Shown: positions 44,152 through 53,612 of the stretch, one piece after another
Layout: every line of letters starts with the position of its first letter
Numbering within the stretch: the first letter of the stretch is position 1
From: Gammaproteobacteria bacterium
GTDB lineage: Bacteria > Pseudomonadota > Gammaproteobacteria > SZUA-152
Assembly: GCA_011051755.1 (NCBI GenBank)
Contig: DRKN01000089.1
Coordinates: forward strand, 4,917 to 68,916
Reading direction: 5' to 3'
Length of the DNA: 64,000 bases
Notes under the pieces: generated by a model
Told to the model about the DNA's origin: nothing
Database searches by the model: none
The model's input: the letters and a program-made list of their open reading frames with translations, nothing else
Position numbers and translations under genes: made by a program

Positions 44152-45507
44152 ATGAAAACACCTATCCGCTTAACCCTGGCAGCGACGGCACTGACTACCT
44201 TCGGACTGGCGGCATCGGCCAGCCATGCTGGCGGTTTCGCACTGATTGAGCAGGGTGTCAAAGGACTGGGCAACGCCTACGCAGGCGCTGCAGCGAGCGC
44301 CGAGGATGCCAGCACGATTTTCTTCAATCCGGCTGGCATGACCCTGCTCGATGGCCACCAGGTTGTTGCCGGACTGCACATCATTCAGCCTTCCACCAAG
44401 TTTACCGACAACGGTTCCAAATCCCTTATTACCTCTGCCAATACCAGCGGGGGTAATGGCGGAGATGCCGCTGATCTGGCCGTGATACCCAATCTCTTTT
44501 TGGTCGCCGACATTAACGACGAGGTGAAACTCGGCCTCGGCATCAGCGTGCCCTTCGGCTTGGGCACCAACTATGACAAAGACTGGAAAGGCCGCTACCA
44601 GGCGGTCGAGACGGCCGTGGAAGTCATCAACATCAACCCGTCCCTGGCCTTCGAGGTCAATCCGCAATGGTCCGTCGGGCTGGGCGCGAACATCCAGTAT
44701 TTCAAAGCCAAGTTGACCAATGCGGTGGATTTCAGCACGGTATGTCTGGGCTCGGCCCTCGCACCCAACTGCGGTGCGTTAAACCTCAGCACTCCCCAGA
44801 CGCCAGCTACCGATGGCTTCGCCGACATCACGGGCACCAGTTGGGGCTTTGGTTATAACCTCGGCGTGCTGTTCTCCCCCACCGAGGCCACCCGCGTCGG
44901 TCTGGCTTACCGCTCTCAAGTCAAGCACTCCCTGGACGGCAAGGCGGACTTCACTCTGCCGGCAGCAGCCGGGGCGATCTCGCCAATTGCGGCACGATTT
45001 GCCGACACCGACATTACAGGAGACATCGACCTGCCGAGCACGCTGTCCCTGAGCCTGTCCCACCAGTTCAATGATACCTGGACATTACTGGCAGACATCA
45101 CCCGCACCGGCTGGAGCAGCTACGACAAACTGGTCATAGAGTTCGATAACCCCGCCAAAGACCCATCGGAAGAAGTCAACGACTGGGAAGACGTCAATCG
45201 CTACTCCATCGGCGTCAATTTTACCCCCAGCCAGACCTGGATCTACCGCGCCGGTATCGCCTATGACGAATCCCCCGTTCCCAGTGCCGAACTGCGCTCT
45301 GCACGCAGCCCGGGCAGTGACCGTACCTGGCTGGCGCTGGGCCTGGGCTACCAGATGGCAAAGAACCTCACCCTTGATTTTGGCTACGCCCACCTGTTTG
45401 CCAAAGACGCCGAGATCAATCGCGAGGGAGCGACAAAAGACCTTTTAAAAGGCTCATACGAAAGCAACGTGGATATCCTCAGCGGCCAGGTCGTCTGGGT
45501 ATTCTGA
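44152..45507 (+). CDS. FadL/OmpP1/TodX-family outer-membrane transporter (paralogue 2)
   Basis: Signal peptide MKTPIRLTLAATALTTFGLAASASHA, then GGFALIEQGVKGLGNAYAGAAA, with a C-terminus ...VVWVF. It is divergent from paralogue 1 across a 414-bp AT-rich region. Confidence 0.75.
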   Translation: MKTPIRLTLAATALTTFGLAASASHAGGFALIEQGVKGLGNAYAGAAASAEDASTIFFNPAGMTLLDGHQVVAGLHIIQPSTKFTDNGSKSLITSANTSGGNGGDAADLAVIPNLFLVADINDEVKLGLGISVPFGLGTNYDKDWKGRYQAVETAVEVININPSLAFEVNPQWSVGLGANIQYFKAKLTNAVDFSTVCLGSALAPNCGALNLSTPQTPATDGFADITGTSWGFGYNLGVLFSPTEATRVGLAYRSQVKHSLDGKADFTLPAAAGAISPIAARFADTDITGDIDLPSTLSLSLSHQFNDTWTLLADITRTGWSSYDKLVIEFDNPAKDPSEEVNDWEDVNRYSIGVNFTPSQTWIYRAGIAYDESPVPSAELRSARSPGSDRTWLALGLGYQMAKNLTLDFGYAHLFAKDAEINREGATKDLLKGSYESNVDILSGQVVWVF

Positions 45508-45739
45508 CCTCGCTCTAGTCTCGTTTTACGTTGAACTTGTGACACCGCTCTGCGGTGTCACACAGCCCGTGGCGCTCAGCGCCACCTTGGTGGATTAGCC
45601 TGGCTTTCTTACGCCACACCGCAGAGCGGTGTAGCGAGTCACATACAAGATGATACTAAGCCAACCGCGTGGGCACAAAAAACGTGCCCACCCTACATGG
45701 CTGGGTATTTTAGCCGCGCACCCGGCATGATCCCGCGCA

Positions 45740-45775
45740 AAAAAAGGCAGCCCCGAAAGCTGCCCTTTTTTATTA
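45740..45775. terminator. Bidirectional rho-independent terminator
   Basis: aaaaaaaGGCAGCcccgaaaGCTGCCcttttttt is a GC stem flanked by an A-run and a T-run. It lies between the convergent fadL paralogue 2 and the dsrE-like gene. Confidence 0.7.
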
Positions 45776-45818
45776 ACCCTGAAATAACGCTTGTCGAGCG
45801 CCCGGTTAAACGCAACCT

Positions 45819-46286
45819 TCAAACAAACAGCGTAATATCCGACTCACCCGCAAACTCGAAAAAGGTCGCGGCACCCCCGTATTCGATACCGTCGATAAAA
45901 TCACTGCTATCGAAATCAAACAGATCCACCGTCATCTGACAGGCAACCAGCCTGACCTCGGCCTCGATGCACAGCTCACGCAGCTCTTCGAGGCTGGCCA
46001 CGCCCTTCGACTTCATCTTCTGCTTCATCATCAGGGTCATCATGGATTGCATGCCCGGCAGCGCCTGCAATAATACCGGCATGGGCATCGGCATGGGCAT
46101 GCCGGGATTACCCAGCGAGGTGACCTTGAGATCCAGTTTCTTGCGCAGCAGTTGCAGACCGTAGAAGGTGCAGAAAATTTCCACCTCATAGCCCAGCGCA
46201 GCTGCCGTAGAACCCAGAATCAAGGGCGGATAGGCCCAGTCCAGGCTGCCCTTGGTGGCAATAATCGCCAATTTTTTTCCAGACAT
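45819..46286 (-). CDS. DsrE/DsrF/TusD-family sulfur-relay protein (DsrE3-like)
   Basis: 155 aa. MSGKKLAIIATKGSLDWAYPPLILGSTAAALGYEVEIFCTFYG is the characteristic DsrE-fold N-terminus with a conserved Cys. It is 35 nt downstream of tusA. Confidence 0.65.
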   Translation of the reverse strand: MSGKKLAIIATKGSLDWAYPPLILGSTAAALGYEVEIFCTFYGLQLLRKKLDLKVTSLGNPGMPMPMPMPVLLQALPGMQSMMTLMMKQKMKSKGVASLEELRELCIEAEVRLVACQMTVDLFDFDSSDFIDGIEYGGAATFFEFAGESDITLFV

Positions 46287-46320
46287 AACGCCCTCTTCCG
46301 GTCAGACCAAGGCCATCCCG

Positions 46321-46551
46321 CTAGTGCTTTTTCATCAGAAAATGAAACTTGCCACCTTCCTCGCGGGACTCCACCAACTCATTGCCGGTCTGCTTGGCAA
46401 AGGCCTCAAAATCCTTCACCGCACCCGGATCGGTGGCGATGATATGCAGAACCTGACCTTCGCTCAGGGCCGCCAGCGCCTTTTTGGCACGCAGGATCGG
46501 CAACGGGCAATTGAGGCCGGATGCATCCAGTTCTTGATCAAAATCTGCCAT
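46321..46551 (-). CDS. tusA: TusA-family sulfurtransferase
   Basis: 76 aa. The CPLP (Cys-Pro-x-Pro) active-site motif lies in LDASGLNCPLPILRAKKAL. Confidence 0.8.
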   Translation of the reverse strand: MADFDQELDASGLNCPLPILRAKKALAALSEGQVLHIIATDPGAVKDFEAFAKQTGNELVESREEGGKFHFLMKKH

Positions 46552-46961
46552 GTCAAACTCCTTCGATGGTTATTGCAAAAAAGTGCCTATCGCCGCCAGA
46601 AGCGGCCTGTCCGGCCTTTCCCTCGCGATAATCGCCCCAAAAACCCGGCAGGCCCCCAGTGAAACCTTTATTAGAATTCAATGGTCAACTTATATTCCAA
46701 AGCCGGAAAAAATGCAACCCGAATTCTCCAGCCCTGCGAATGAACAAAATCACCGGCTGACGATCTCAAACAGGTATCGGATCATTGATACAAAATCTGC
46801 AACATATTTTGAACCGCAGGCCAGCGACAGTTTTGATTAGCCGACATTCACATCTATTTTTCCGAATAAGAAGCTCAATTCAATAAGGAATGCTCGCCAT
46901 TAAACAAAATTCACACTACACTCGACCTTCCCAAATGCGGGGATTCCGCTCACGTCCGCCG

Positions 46962-48419
46962 ATGCAACTGCGCTCCATTTTTCTGTTTTTTCTTGCCTTT
47001 ATCGCAGGATCTGTTTCCCCTTTCCATCATGCCGGGGGCAGCGAGGTCATGCCCCTGAACCTGCCCGATATCGGCGATGCCGGCGGCAATCTGATCACCC
47101 CGGAACAGGAGCGGCTGATCGGCCTGGAATTCATGCGTAGCGTACGCCGCTCGCTGAATATCCTCGGCGACCCCGCCGTCACCACCTACCTGCAAAACCT
47201 GGGGGAACGCCTGATATCACAAGTCGACGGCTATGAGCAGAGGGTCACTTTCTTTCTCGTCAACGACCCGTCGATCAATGCCTTTGCCGGCCCGGGTGGT
47301 TATATTGGCGTGCACACTGGACTGATTCTCTCCGCCCGCACCGAGGGTGAACTGGTGTCGGTACTGGCTCATGAGTTGGCTCATGCCGTACAGCGTCACC
47401 TGGTACGTTCATTCGAGGCCGGCCAACGAATGGAAATCACCACCATCGCCGCGATGATCGCCGCCATTCTGATCGGCAGCCAGAACCCACAGGTCGGGGA
47501 AGCCGTGCTGAACAGCACCATGGCCGGTTCCATCCAGCGGCAGCTCAGCTATTCACGCCTGCATGAACAGGAAGCGGATCGGGTCGGCATCACCATGATG
47601 ACCCGGGCGGGCTTCAATCCCCGCCAGATGGTCAGTTTCTTTGAAACCCTGCAATCCGCCAACCGCTACGCCGGCCTGCGCGCGCTGGAACTCCTGCAAA
47701 CCCACCCGCTCACCCTTTCCCGTATCGCCGACGCGCGCAACCGCGCAGAGCAGATAAACACCGGCAGCAAAGGAGACGACCTGACCTTTCAACTCATCAA
47801 GGCACGCGTGAAAATACTCAGTGGTGACAACATTTATCGACAACGGCAAAAGACGGCGGACGAAATACCGCTGGCCGCCACCCAGTACAGGCAGGCATTG
47901 AGCTGGCTGTCAGAAAAGCACTACGACAAGGCAAGAAATACCATACGGCAGTTGTTGGAAAAGGATCGCCAGCGCGTGCTGTACCACCTGACCGCCGCCG
48001 AAATCGAGCTGGCAGCGGATAAACCACAGGCCGCACACAGGGTGCTCGCCCCCGCCCTTGACCTGTTCCCCAACAACCTGCCATTGACAGAAATGCTGGC
48101 GGAAACCCTGCTCAAGGAGGGCAAGGCCACCGAGGCCAGCGCGCTGTTGGAACAGCAGCTTCGCCACCGGCCTGAGCGCAGGCTGTATGCTCTTCACTTC
48201 CAGGCCACCAAAACGGCTCGCCGCTACGCCGATGCCTACCAGTCACTGGCCGAGTTAAATTACATCGACGGCAATACGGTGCAAGCCATCACCTACCTAC
48301 AACAGGCTATTGAGCAAGACAGCAAAAACCAGTATGAACAATTGGCCATGCAGGCCAGACTGGCGGCCTGGAAGAAGGAAGTCCGGACAACCCGGACTGA
48401 CGGCAGTAAGAAGCATTGA
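46962..48419 (+). CDS. bepA: M48-family periplasmic metalloprotease with C-terminal TPR region (BepA/YfgC-like)
   Basis: The start MQLRSIFLFFLAFIAG gives a signal peptide. The HEXXH motif is in HELAHAVQRH, and TPR-like repeats follow. Confidence 0.75.
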   Translation: MQLRSIFLFFLAFIAGSVSPFHHAGGSEVMPLNLPDIGDAGGNLITPEQERLIGLEFMRSVRRSLNILGDPAVTTYLQNLGERLISQVDGYEQRVTFFLVNDPSINAFAGPGGYIGVHTGLILSARTEGELVSVLAHELAHAVQRHLVRSFEAGQRMEITTIAAMIAAILIGSQNPQVGEAVLNSTMAGSIQRQLSYSRLHEQEADRVGITMMTRAGFNPRQMVSFFETLQSANRYAGLRALELLQTHPLTLSRIADARNRAEQINTGSKGDDLTFQLIKARVKILSGDNIYRQRQKTADEIPLAATQYRQALSWLSEKHYDKARNTIRQLLEKDRQRVLYHLTAAEIELAADKPQAAHRVLAPALDLFPNNLPLTEMLAETLLKEGKATEASALLEQQLRHRPERRLYALHFQATKTARRYADAYQSLAELNYIDGNTVQAITYLQQAIEQDSKNQYEQLAMQARLAAWKKEVRTTRTDGSKKH

Positions 48420-48660
48420 TACAGACACTGCGGAGAGCAACCATTTATTTTCCCCCGCACCATCCCTGTATTTTTCAGCCGACCTGTTGTGCTACCCGTC
48501 AATTCTGGTATAAGAGTCCTTGGCGTTCAGGATCTCCTCAACGGATCGATATACGATATGAGCGTTTCCTACAAAGAATAAAATCGGCTCATGGCCATCA
48601 TATAAAAATTAAATACCCGGCGAAAAATAATTTATATTTCTAATTAAGGAGGAAGCAGCA

Positions 48661-49035
48661 ATGCGGAAATCCGCGAGTAGTACACTGGCAGCGGCCGGTA
48701 CCCTGGCCTTGATGCTCGGCAGTCTCGCCATTGCCCCCCAGGCCGCCCTTGCCACAGAGGCCTCGGTGGTGGAGGAAGGAAAAGCCATTGCCTTCGACCG
48801 CAAAAAAGGCAACTGTCTGGCCTGTCATAAAATGAAGGATGGCACACTGGAAGGCAATATCGGCCCAGCCCTGGTGAATATGGCCGACCGTTACCCTGAC
48901 AAAAAGAGGCTGCGTGAACAGATCTGGGATGCCACCAGGATCAACCCTTACACCATTATGCCCCCCTACGGCAAACACAAGATTTTGACCGAAGAAGAAC
49001 TCGATAAGGTTGTGGAATTTATCTACACACGTTAA
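48661..49035 (+). CDS. soxX: Sulfur-oxidation cytochrome c SoxX
   Basis: 124 aa, signal peptide, a single haem site CLACH, and an AAGGAGG RBS. It is the first gene of the soxXYZA block. Confidence 0.8.
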   Translation: MRKSASSTLAAAGTLALMLGSLAIAPQAALATEASVVEEGKAIAFDRKKGNCLACHKMKDGTLEGNIGPALVNMADRYPDKKRLREQIWDATRINPYTIMPPYGKHKILTEEELDKVVEFIYTR

Positions 49036-49084
49036 TCGACGGGTCACTTAATAAAAGTAAAAGCTAGAAGGAGATCACCCTATT

Positions 49085-49549
49085 ATGAAACGTAGAAGCT
49101 TCCTCAAGGGCACCATTGCCAGCAGCATACTGGGGGTTGCCGCCGGCGCAGGTTTACTGACCCCGCAGAGCGTACTGGCCGCATGGCCTAAAGCCGCCTT
49201 CGAGGCAAAGACTATTGACGACGGCATACAGGCGGCTCTGGGCGCCTCCGACGTCACCGAAAGTGGCGATATCAATATCAAGGCACCGGATATCGCGGAA
49301 AATGGCGCCGTTGTCCCTGTCACCATTTCCACCGGCATGTCCGGCGTGGAGTCCATCGCCATCTTTATTGAGAAAAACCCCGTGCCCCTGGCCAGCAGTT
49401 ATGACCTGGGCCCCAACACTGAAGGCTTCATTTCCTGTCGGGTCAAAATGGGCAAGACCTCTGACCTCATTGCCGTCGTCAAGTCCGAAGGCAAGCTGTA
49501 CAGCGCCAAAAAGATGATCAAAGTCACCATCGGCGGTTGCGGCGGTTAA
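49085..49549 (+). CDS. soxY: Thiosulfate-carrier protein SoxY
   Basis: Tat signal RRSFLKG. The C-terminus ends with the invariant sulfur-carrying GGCGG motif. Confidence 0.9.
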   Translation: MKRRSFLKGTIASSILGVAAGAGLLTPQSVLAAWPKAAFEAKTIDDGIQAALGASDVTESGDINIKAPDIAENGAVVPVTISTGMSGVESIAIFIEKNPVPLASSYDLGPNTEGFISCRVKMGKTSDLIAVVKSEGKLYSAKKMIKVTIGGCGG

Positions 49550-49595
49550 ACCACACCCACAACACCCGACAAGTTAACCGTTTGAGGAAAAGAGA

Positions 49596-49913
49596 ATGGC
49601 CAAGAAAAAAATCCGTATCCGCGCCAAAATGAAAGGCGAGGTGACTGAAGTCAAGGCGCTGATGAGCCACCCGATGGAAACCGGCCTGCGCAAAAACAAA
49701 AAAACGGGCGAAAAAATTCCCGCACACTTCATCCAGGATATCACCTGTGAGCACAAAGGCGCCCGGGTACTGGTCGCCCACTGGGGGGTTGCCATTTCCA
49801 AGAATCCCTACCTGGCATTCAAATTCACCGGCGCCGCCAAAGGCGACACAATCAAAGTTAGCTGGAACGATAATAAAGGTGAAAGCGCATCCGCTGAAGC
49901 CAAGATCGGATAA
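49596..49913 (+). CDS. soxZ: SoxZ
   Basis: 105 aa immediately after soxY. MAKKKIRIRAKMKGEVTEVKALMSHPMETG is a typical SoxZ N-terminus. Confidence 0.85.
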   Translation: MAKKKIRIRAKMKGEVTEVKALMSHPMETGLRKNKKTGEKIPAHFIQDITCEHKGARVLVAHWGVAISKNPYLAFKFTGAAKGDTIKVSWNDNKGESASAEAKIG

Positions 49914-49986
49914 TGCATACTGCCAACAATAACCGGCTAACGAACCACTGCCTGCAGGCAGTATCGATATGGATGGAGGAACACTC

Positions 49987-50823
49987 ATGAAAAAACTGCT
50001 TTTGATTACTGCGGTTATTGGCGCCCTGGGCGCAGTCCCGCTGATCAGCCAAGCAAGCCCGGAGGATGACCTCAAGGCATTTCAGGGATATTTTACGGAA
50101 CGTTTTCCCAATGTACCGCTGGAAGAATTTGCCAATGGTGTCTATGCCATCGACAAGGCTTCGCGTGAGCAGTGGGAAGCGATCGAGGAATTCCCTCCCT
50201 ACGAAATCGCCATTGAGGAAGGTGAGGAAATGTTCAACACCCCCTTCAAGAATGGCAAGACCTACGCCAGCTGTTTCCGCAATGGCGGCATCGGCATCAA
50301 GAGTGACTACCCCTACTACGATATCGAAAAAGGTCGCGTGGAAACCCTGGCATCGGCGATCAATGAATGTCGTACCAAGAATGGCGAAGCCCCCCTCAAA
50401 TACATGAAAGGAGAACTCGCCTCACTGGTCGCCTACATGGCCTATACCACCCGGGGTCAGATCGTCGACATCAAGATTCCGTTTGACCAGCGCGCCCGTG
50501 ACGCCTACGAAGATGGCAAGCGTTTTTTTTACGCCCGTCGCGGTCAGCTGAACATGTCCTGCGCCCATTGCCACGTCGACAATGCCGGCAACAAGATCCG
50601 TGCCGACCTACTGTCTCCGGCGCTAGGCCATCTCACACATTTTCCGGTCTACCGCTCGAAATGGGGCAGCCTGGGCACCGCCCACCGCCGCTTTTCAGGC
50701 TGCAACAAACAGGTTCGCGCATTACCTTTCAAGGCACAAAGTCCTGAATACCGCAATCTTGAGTACTTCATGACCTACATGAGTAACGGGCTTCCCTGGA
50801 ATGGCCCCGGCGCCCGCAAGTAA
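49987..50823 (+). CDS. soxA: Cytochrome c SoxA
   Basis: The start MKKLLLITAVIGALGAVPLISQA gives a signal peptide, with the haem site CAHCH. It has a single haem, as in Allochromatium-type SoxA. Confidence 0.8.
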   Translation: MKKLLLITAVIGALGAVPLISQASPEDDLKAFQGYFTERFPNVPLEEFANGVYAIDKASREQWEAIEEFPPYEIAIEEGEEMFNTPFKNGKTYASCFRNGGIGIKSDYPYYDIEKGRVETLASAINECRTKNGEAPLKYMKGELASLVAYMAYTTRGQIVDIKIPFDQRARDAYEDGKRFFYARRGQLNMSCAHCHVDNAGNKIRADLLSPALGHLTHFPVYRSKWGSLGTAHRRFSGCNKQVRALPFKAQSPEYRNLEYFMTYMSNGLPWNGPGARK

Positions 50824-50851
50824 GGTGTTTGCAGCGTAGTTTGCAATGAAA

Positions 50852-50886
50852 AAGGCCCGGCGAGATTTCTTCCCGGGCCTTTTTTC
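50852..50886 (+). terminator. Rho-independent terminator after soxA
   Basis: aaaaaGGCCCGGcgagatttcttCCCGGGCCtttttt. Confidence 0.7.
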
Positions 50887-51192
50887 ATTGACAACGCTTC
50901 CGAAGTGGACACGGCCCATTGCAAGATATCGAGAATCCCCAGGGTCACCAACGAATACATACCCCTTAAGAGGAGTGTGAGTGCTCGTATTCACATGTAA
51001 GACTTTCTGTTCGCATGGCCGCGAAGTATCGCAGTCACCCGGCCTATCACCACGCCGTAAACATGAGTGCACATACCGGCAGGCGGCTGAACACAACATA
51101 TTAGGTGGCCGGGTTAATAACCAGCCACAGGCATCCATTGACGACACAATGAAGGCCTACCAAAACCATCCGTAGTAGGAGGAACGCATCAT

Positions 51193-52914
51193 ATGAACAT
51201 CTCCCGTCGTGAATTTCTGCAAATGCTGGCCGTGGCCAGCGCCGCTGGCGTCGCACTACCCGGCCAGGCGGCCAGCAAGGGGAGCATTGTCCCTAACCAG
51301 ATGTATGAACTTCCCGCTTTTGGCAATGTTTCATTTCTGCATTTTACGGATTGCCACGCCCAATTGATGCCCATCTGGTTCCGCGAACCCAATATCAACA
51401 TCGGCGTCGGCAACATGAAAGGGAACCCTCCACATCTGGTAGGCGGGCATTTCCTCAAGCACTATGGCATCGCCTCGAATACACCGGAGGCCAATGCCTT
51501 CACCTATTTAAATTTTGTCGAGGCCTCCAAACAGTACGGCAAGGTCGGCGGTTTTGCGCACCTGGCGACATTGGTAAAACATATCCGCGCGCAACGTCCG
51601 GAATCCCTGCTACTGGATGGCGGCGATACCTGGCAGGGTTCCGCCACCGCCCTGTGGAGCAATGGACAGGACATGGTCGATGCCACCAAGCTGCTCGGTG
51701 TCGATGTCATGACCGGCCACTGGGAATTCACCTATGGTGCAGAACGTGTCAATGAAATCATCGAAAATGATCTCGCAGGGCACATGGATTTTGTAGCCCA
51801 GAATGTCATCGACAACCAGTGGGAGGAAGACGTCTTCAAGCCCTACGTCATCAAGGAGATGAACGGTATCCCGACAGCCATCATTGGCCAGGCCTTCCCC
51901 TACACACCCATCGCCAATCCGCGCTGGATGATTCCTGAATGGAGCTTCGGCATCCGCGACGACAAGATGCAGGATACCGTCGACGCCGCGCGGGAAGCCG
52001 GCGCACAGGTTGTTGTCGTTCTTTCTCACAATGGTATGGACGTCGACCTGAAAATGGCCAGCCGTGTGCGCGGTATCGACGCCATCCTGGGCGGTCATAC
52101 CCATGACGCCGTGCCCGAACCAGTCAAGGTCAACAATGCCGGTGGCGCCACGCTGGTGATCAACTCCGGCTCCAACGGCAAGTTCCTCAGCGTGTTGGAT
52201 TTTGATGTAAAGAACGGCAAGGTGCGAGACTTCCGCTACCGCCTGCTGCCCATCTTCTCCAACGTCATCGAGCCCGATGTCGAGATGAGTAAGTTCATCA
52301 GTGCCGTGCGCAAGCCGTATATCAAGAGGCTCGACGAGCAACTGGGCGTGGCGGACGAAGTACTCTATCGCCGCGGCAACTTCAACGGCACCTTCGACCA
52401 GCTGATTCTCGATGCCATGCTCGACGTGCAGGAGGCCGACATTGCCTTTTCTCCCGGCTTCCGCTGGGGCGTGAGCGTGATGCCGGGCGAACCGATCACC
52501 TTTGAGCATGTGATGACACAAACCGCCATCACCTACCCCACCGCCACACTGAACGAAGTCAGCGGCGAACAGATCAAGGTGATCCTCGAGGACGTGGCGG
52601 ACAACCTGTTCAACGAAGACCCCTACTATCAACAGGGCGGCGACATGGTGCGCGTGGGTGGGCTGAAATACAGCATCGACCCCATGGCAAAGATCGGTAA
52701 GCGCATCACCGATATGGAGCTGAATGGCAAACCGCTGGACGCCAGGAAAAACTATCGTCTGGCCGGCTGGGCCAGCATGGAGAAACGCGAAGGCACCCCT
52801 ATCTGGGACGTGGTGGCCGAGTACATCCGCGCCCAGGATACGGTGCGCATCAAGGAACTCAACATTCCCAAGATCAAGGGACTGGGCGGGAATCCGGGGT
52901 TGGCCGAGGTCTGA
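51193..52914 (+). CDS. soxB: Thiosulfohydrolase SoxB (5'-nucleotidase/metallophosphoesterase family)
   Basis: 573 aa. Tat signal SRREFLQMLAVASAAGVALPG, with metallophosphatase motifs (HFTDCH, GGDTWQG, GHWEF, GGHTHD). It has its own RBS and a 370-nt leader. Confidence 0.85.
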   Translation: MNISRREFLQMLAVASAAGVALPGQAASKGSIVPNQMYELPAFGNVSFLHFTDCHAQLMPIWFREPNINIGVGNMKGNPPHLVGGHFLKHYGIASNTPEANAFTYLNFVEASKQYGKVGGFAHLATLVKHIRAQRPESLLLDGGDTWQGSATALWSNGQDMVDATKLLGVDVMTGHWEFTYGAERVNEIIENDLAGHMDFVAQNVIDNQWEEDVFKPYVIKEMNGIPTAIIGQAFPYTPIANPRWMIPEWSFGIRDDKMQDTVDAAREAGAQVVVVLSHNGMDVDLKMASRVRGIDAILGGHTHDAVPEPVKVNNAGGATLVINSGSNGKFLSVLDFDVKNGKVRDFRYRLLPIFSNVIEPDVEMSKFISAVRKPYIKRLDEQLGVADEVLYRRGNFNGTFDQLILDAMLDVQEADIAFSPGFRWGVSVMPGEPITFEHVMTQTAITYPTATLNEVSGEQIKVILEDVADNLFNEDPYYQQGGDMVRVGGLKYSIDPMAKIGKRITDMELNGKPLDARKNYRLAGWASMEKREGTPIWDVVAEYIRAQDTVRIKELNIPKIKGLGGNPGLAEV

Positions 52915-53021
52915 TCCCGGTCTGTCGCAGTGGTGTGCTGATTTCATTGTGCGGATCACTGTCACTGCGAGCAGGTAAGTAGAGCTGGCACTGACATGCT
53001 GGGCTGTGTGTGTAGGAGCGG

Positions 53022-53166
53022 GCCATGCCCGCGATTATCGGCCATAAAAATTGGAGCGGCTTCAGCCGCGACAGCCGTGCTCGACAATAGTCACGGCTGA
53101 AGCCGCTCCTTGTATGCCACGAATCCTTATTGCGCAGCGATGATCGCGGGCATGGCCCGCTCCTAC
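53022..53166. repeat. REPIN, family A doublet, with an internal 17-bp inverted repeat (GGAGCGGCTTCAGCCG / CGGCTGAAGCCGCTCC, 53063-53109)
   Basis: gtaggagcgggccatgcccgcgat ... atcgcgggcatggcccgctcctac. Confidence 0.8.
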
Positions 53167-53612
53167 ACTCAATAGACTTTTCTGCCTCAGTTGTGGAAAA
53201 TTCTTCGTGAGTAGTGGCATTGATGGGCCGTAGGGCATGACAACGAGCCGACCGCCTTGCGCTGTCGCTTCGGTTTTTGTTTTTTCACCGCAGTAGGGCA
53301 CAAAGTACACGAAGCCATTGATCACTGCCCAAAACCATACATAAACCAAGGCAGTATCGTTTTGTAGGATCGGCACCGCCCACCATAATGCAGCCCCTGT
53401 GGTGAGCACAGACTAATTCTACTCCGTTACATTTACCTTGCTGAGTCAACATTCCCGCCCCAAGGGGCGAGGTATTGGGAGGAATTCACCCACTACGCAT
53501 TGTTCAATGCTTGTTCGCAGCAGCAAAAGTAGGCGCTTTTCTTAAAGAACCTACTTTTGGTAGGCGAGCTGTGGGGAATTGACCCCTCAGAGATTAAAGT
53601 AACAGCGTAGAA

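Noticed and set aside
53062-53409. 115-aa minus-strand ORF
   Set aside because: Its 3' part is encoded by the REPIN at 53022-53166. The remainder is short with no family signal and is likely spurious.
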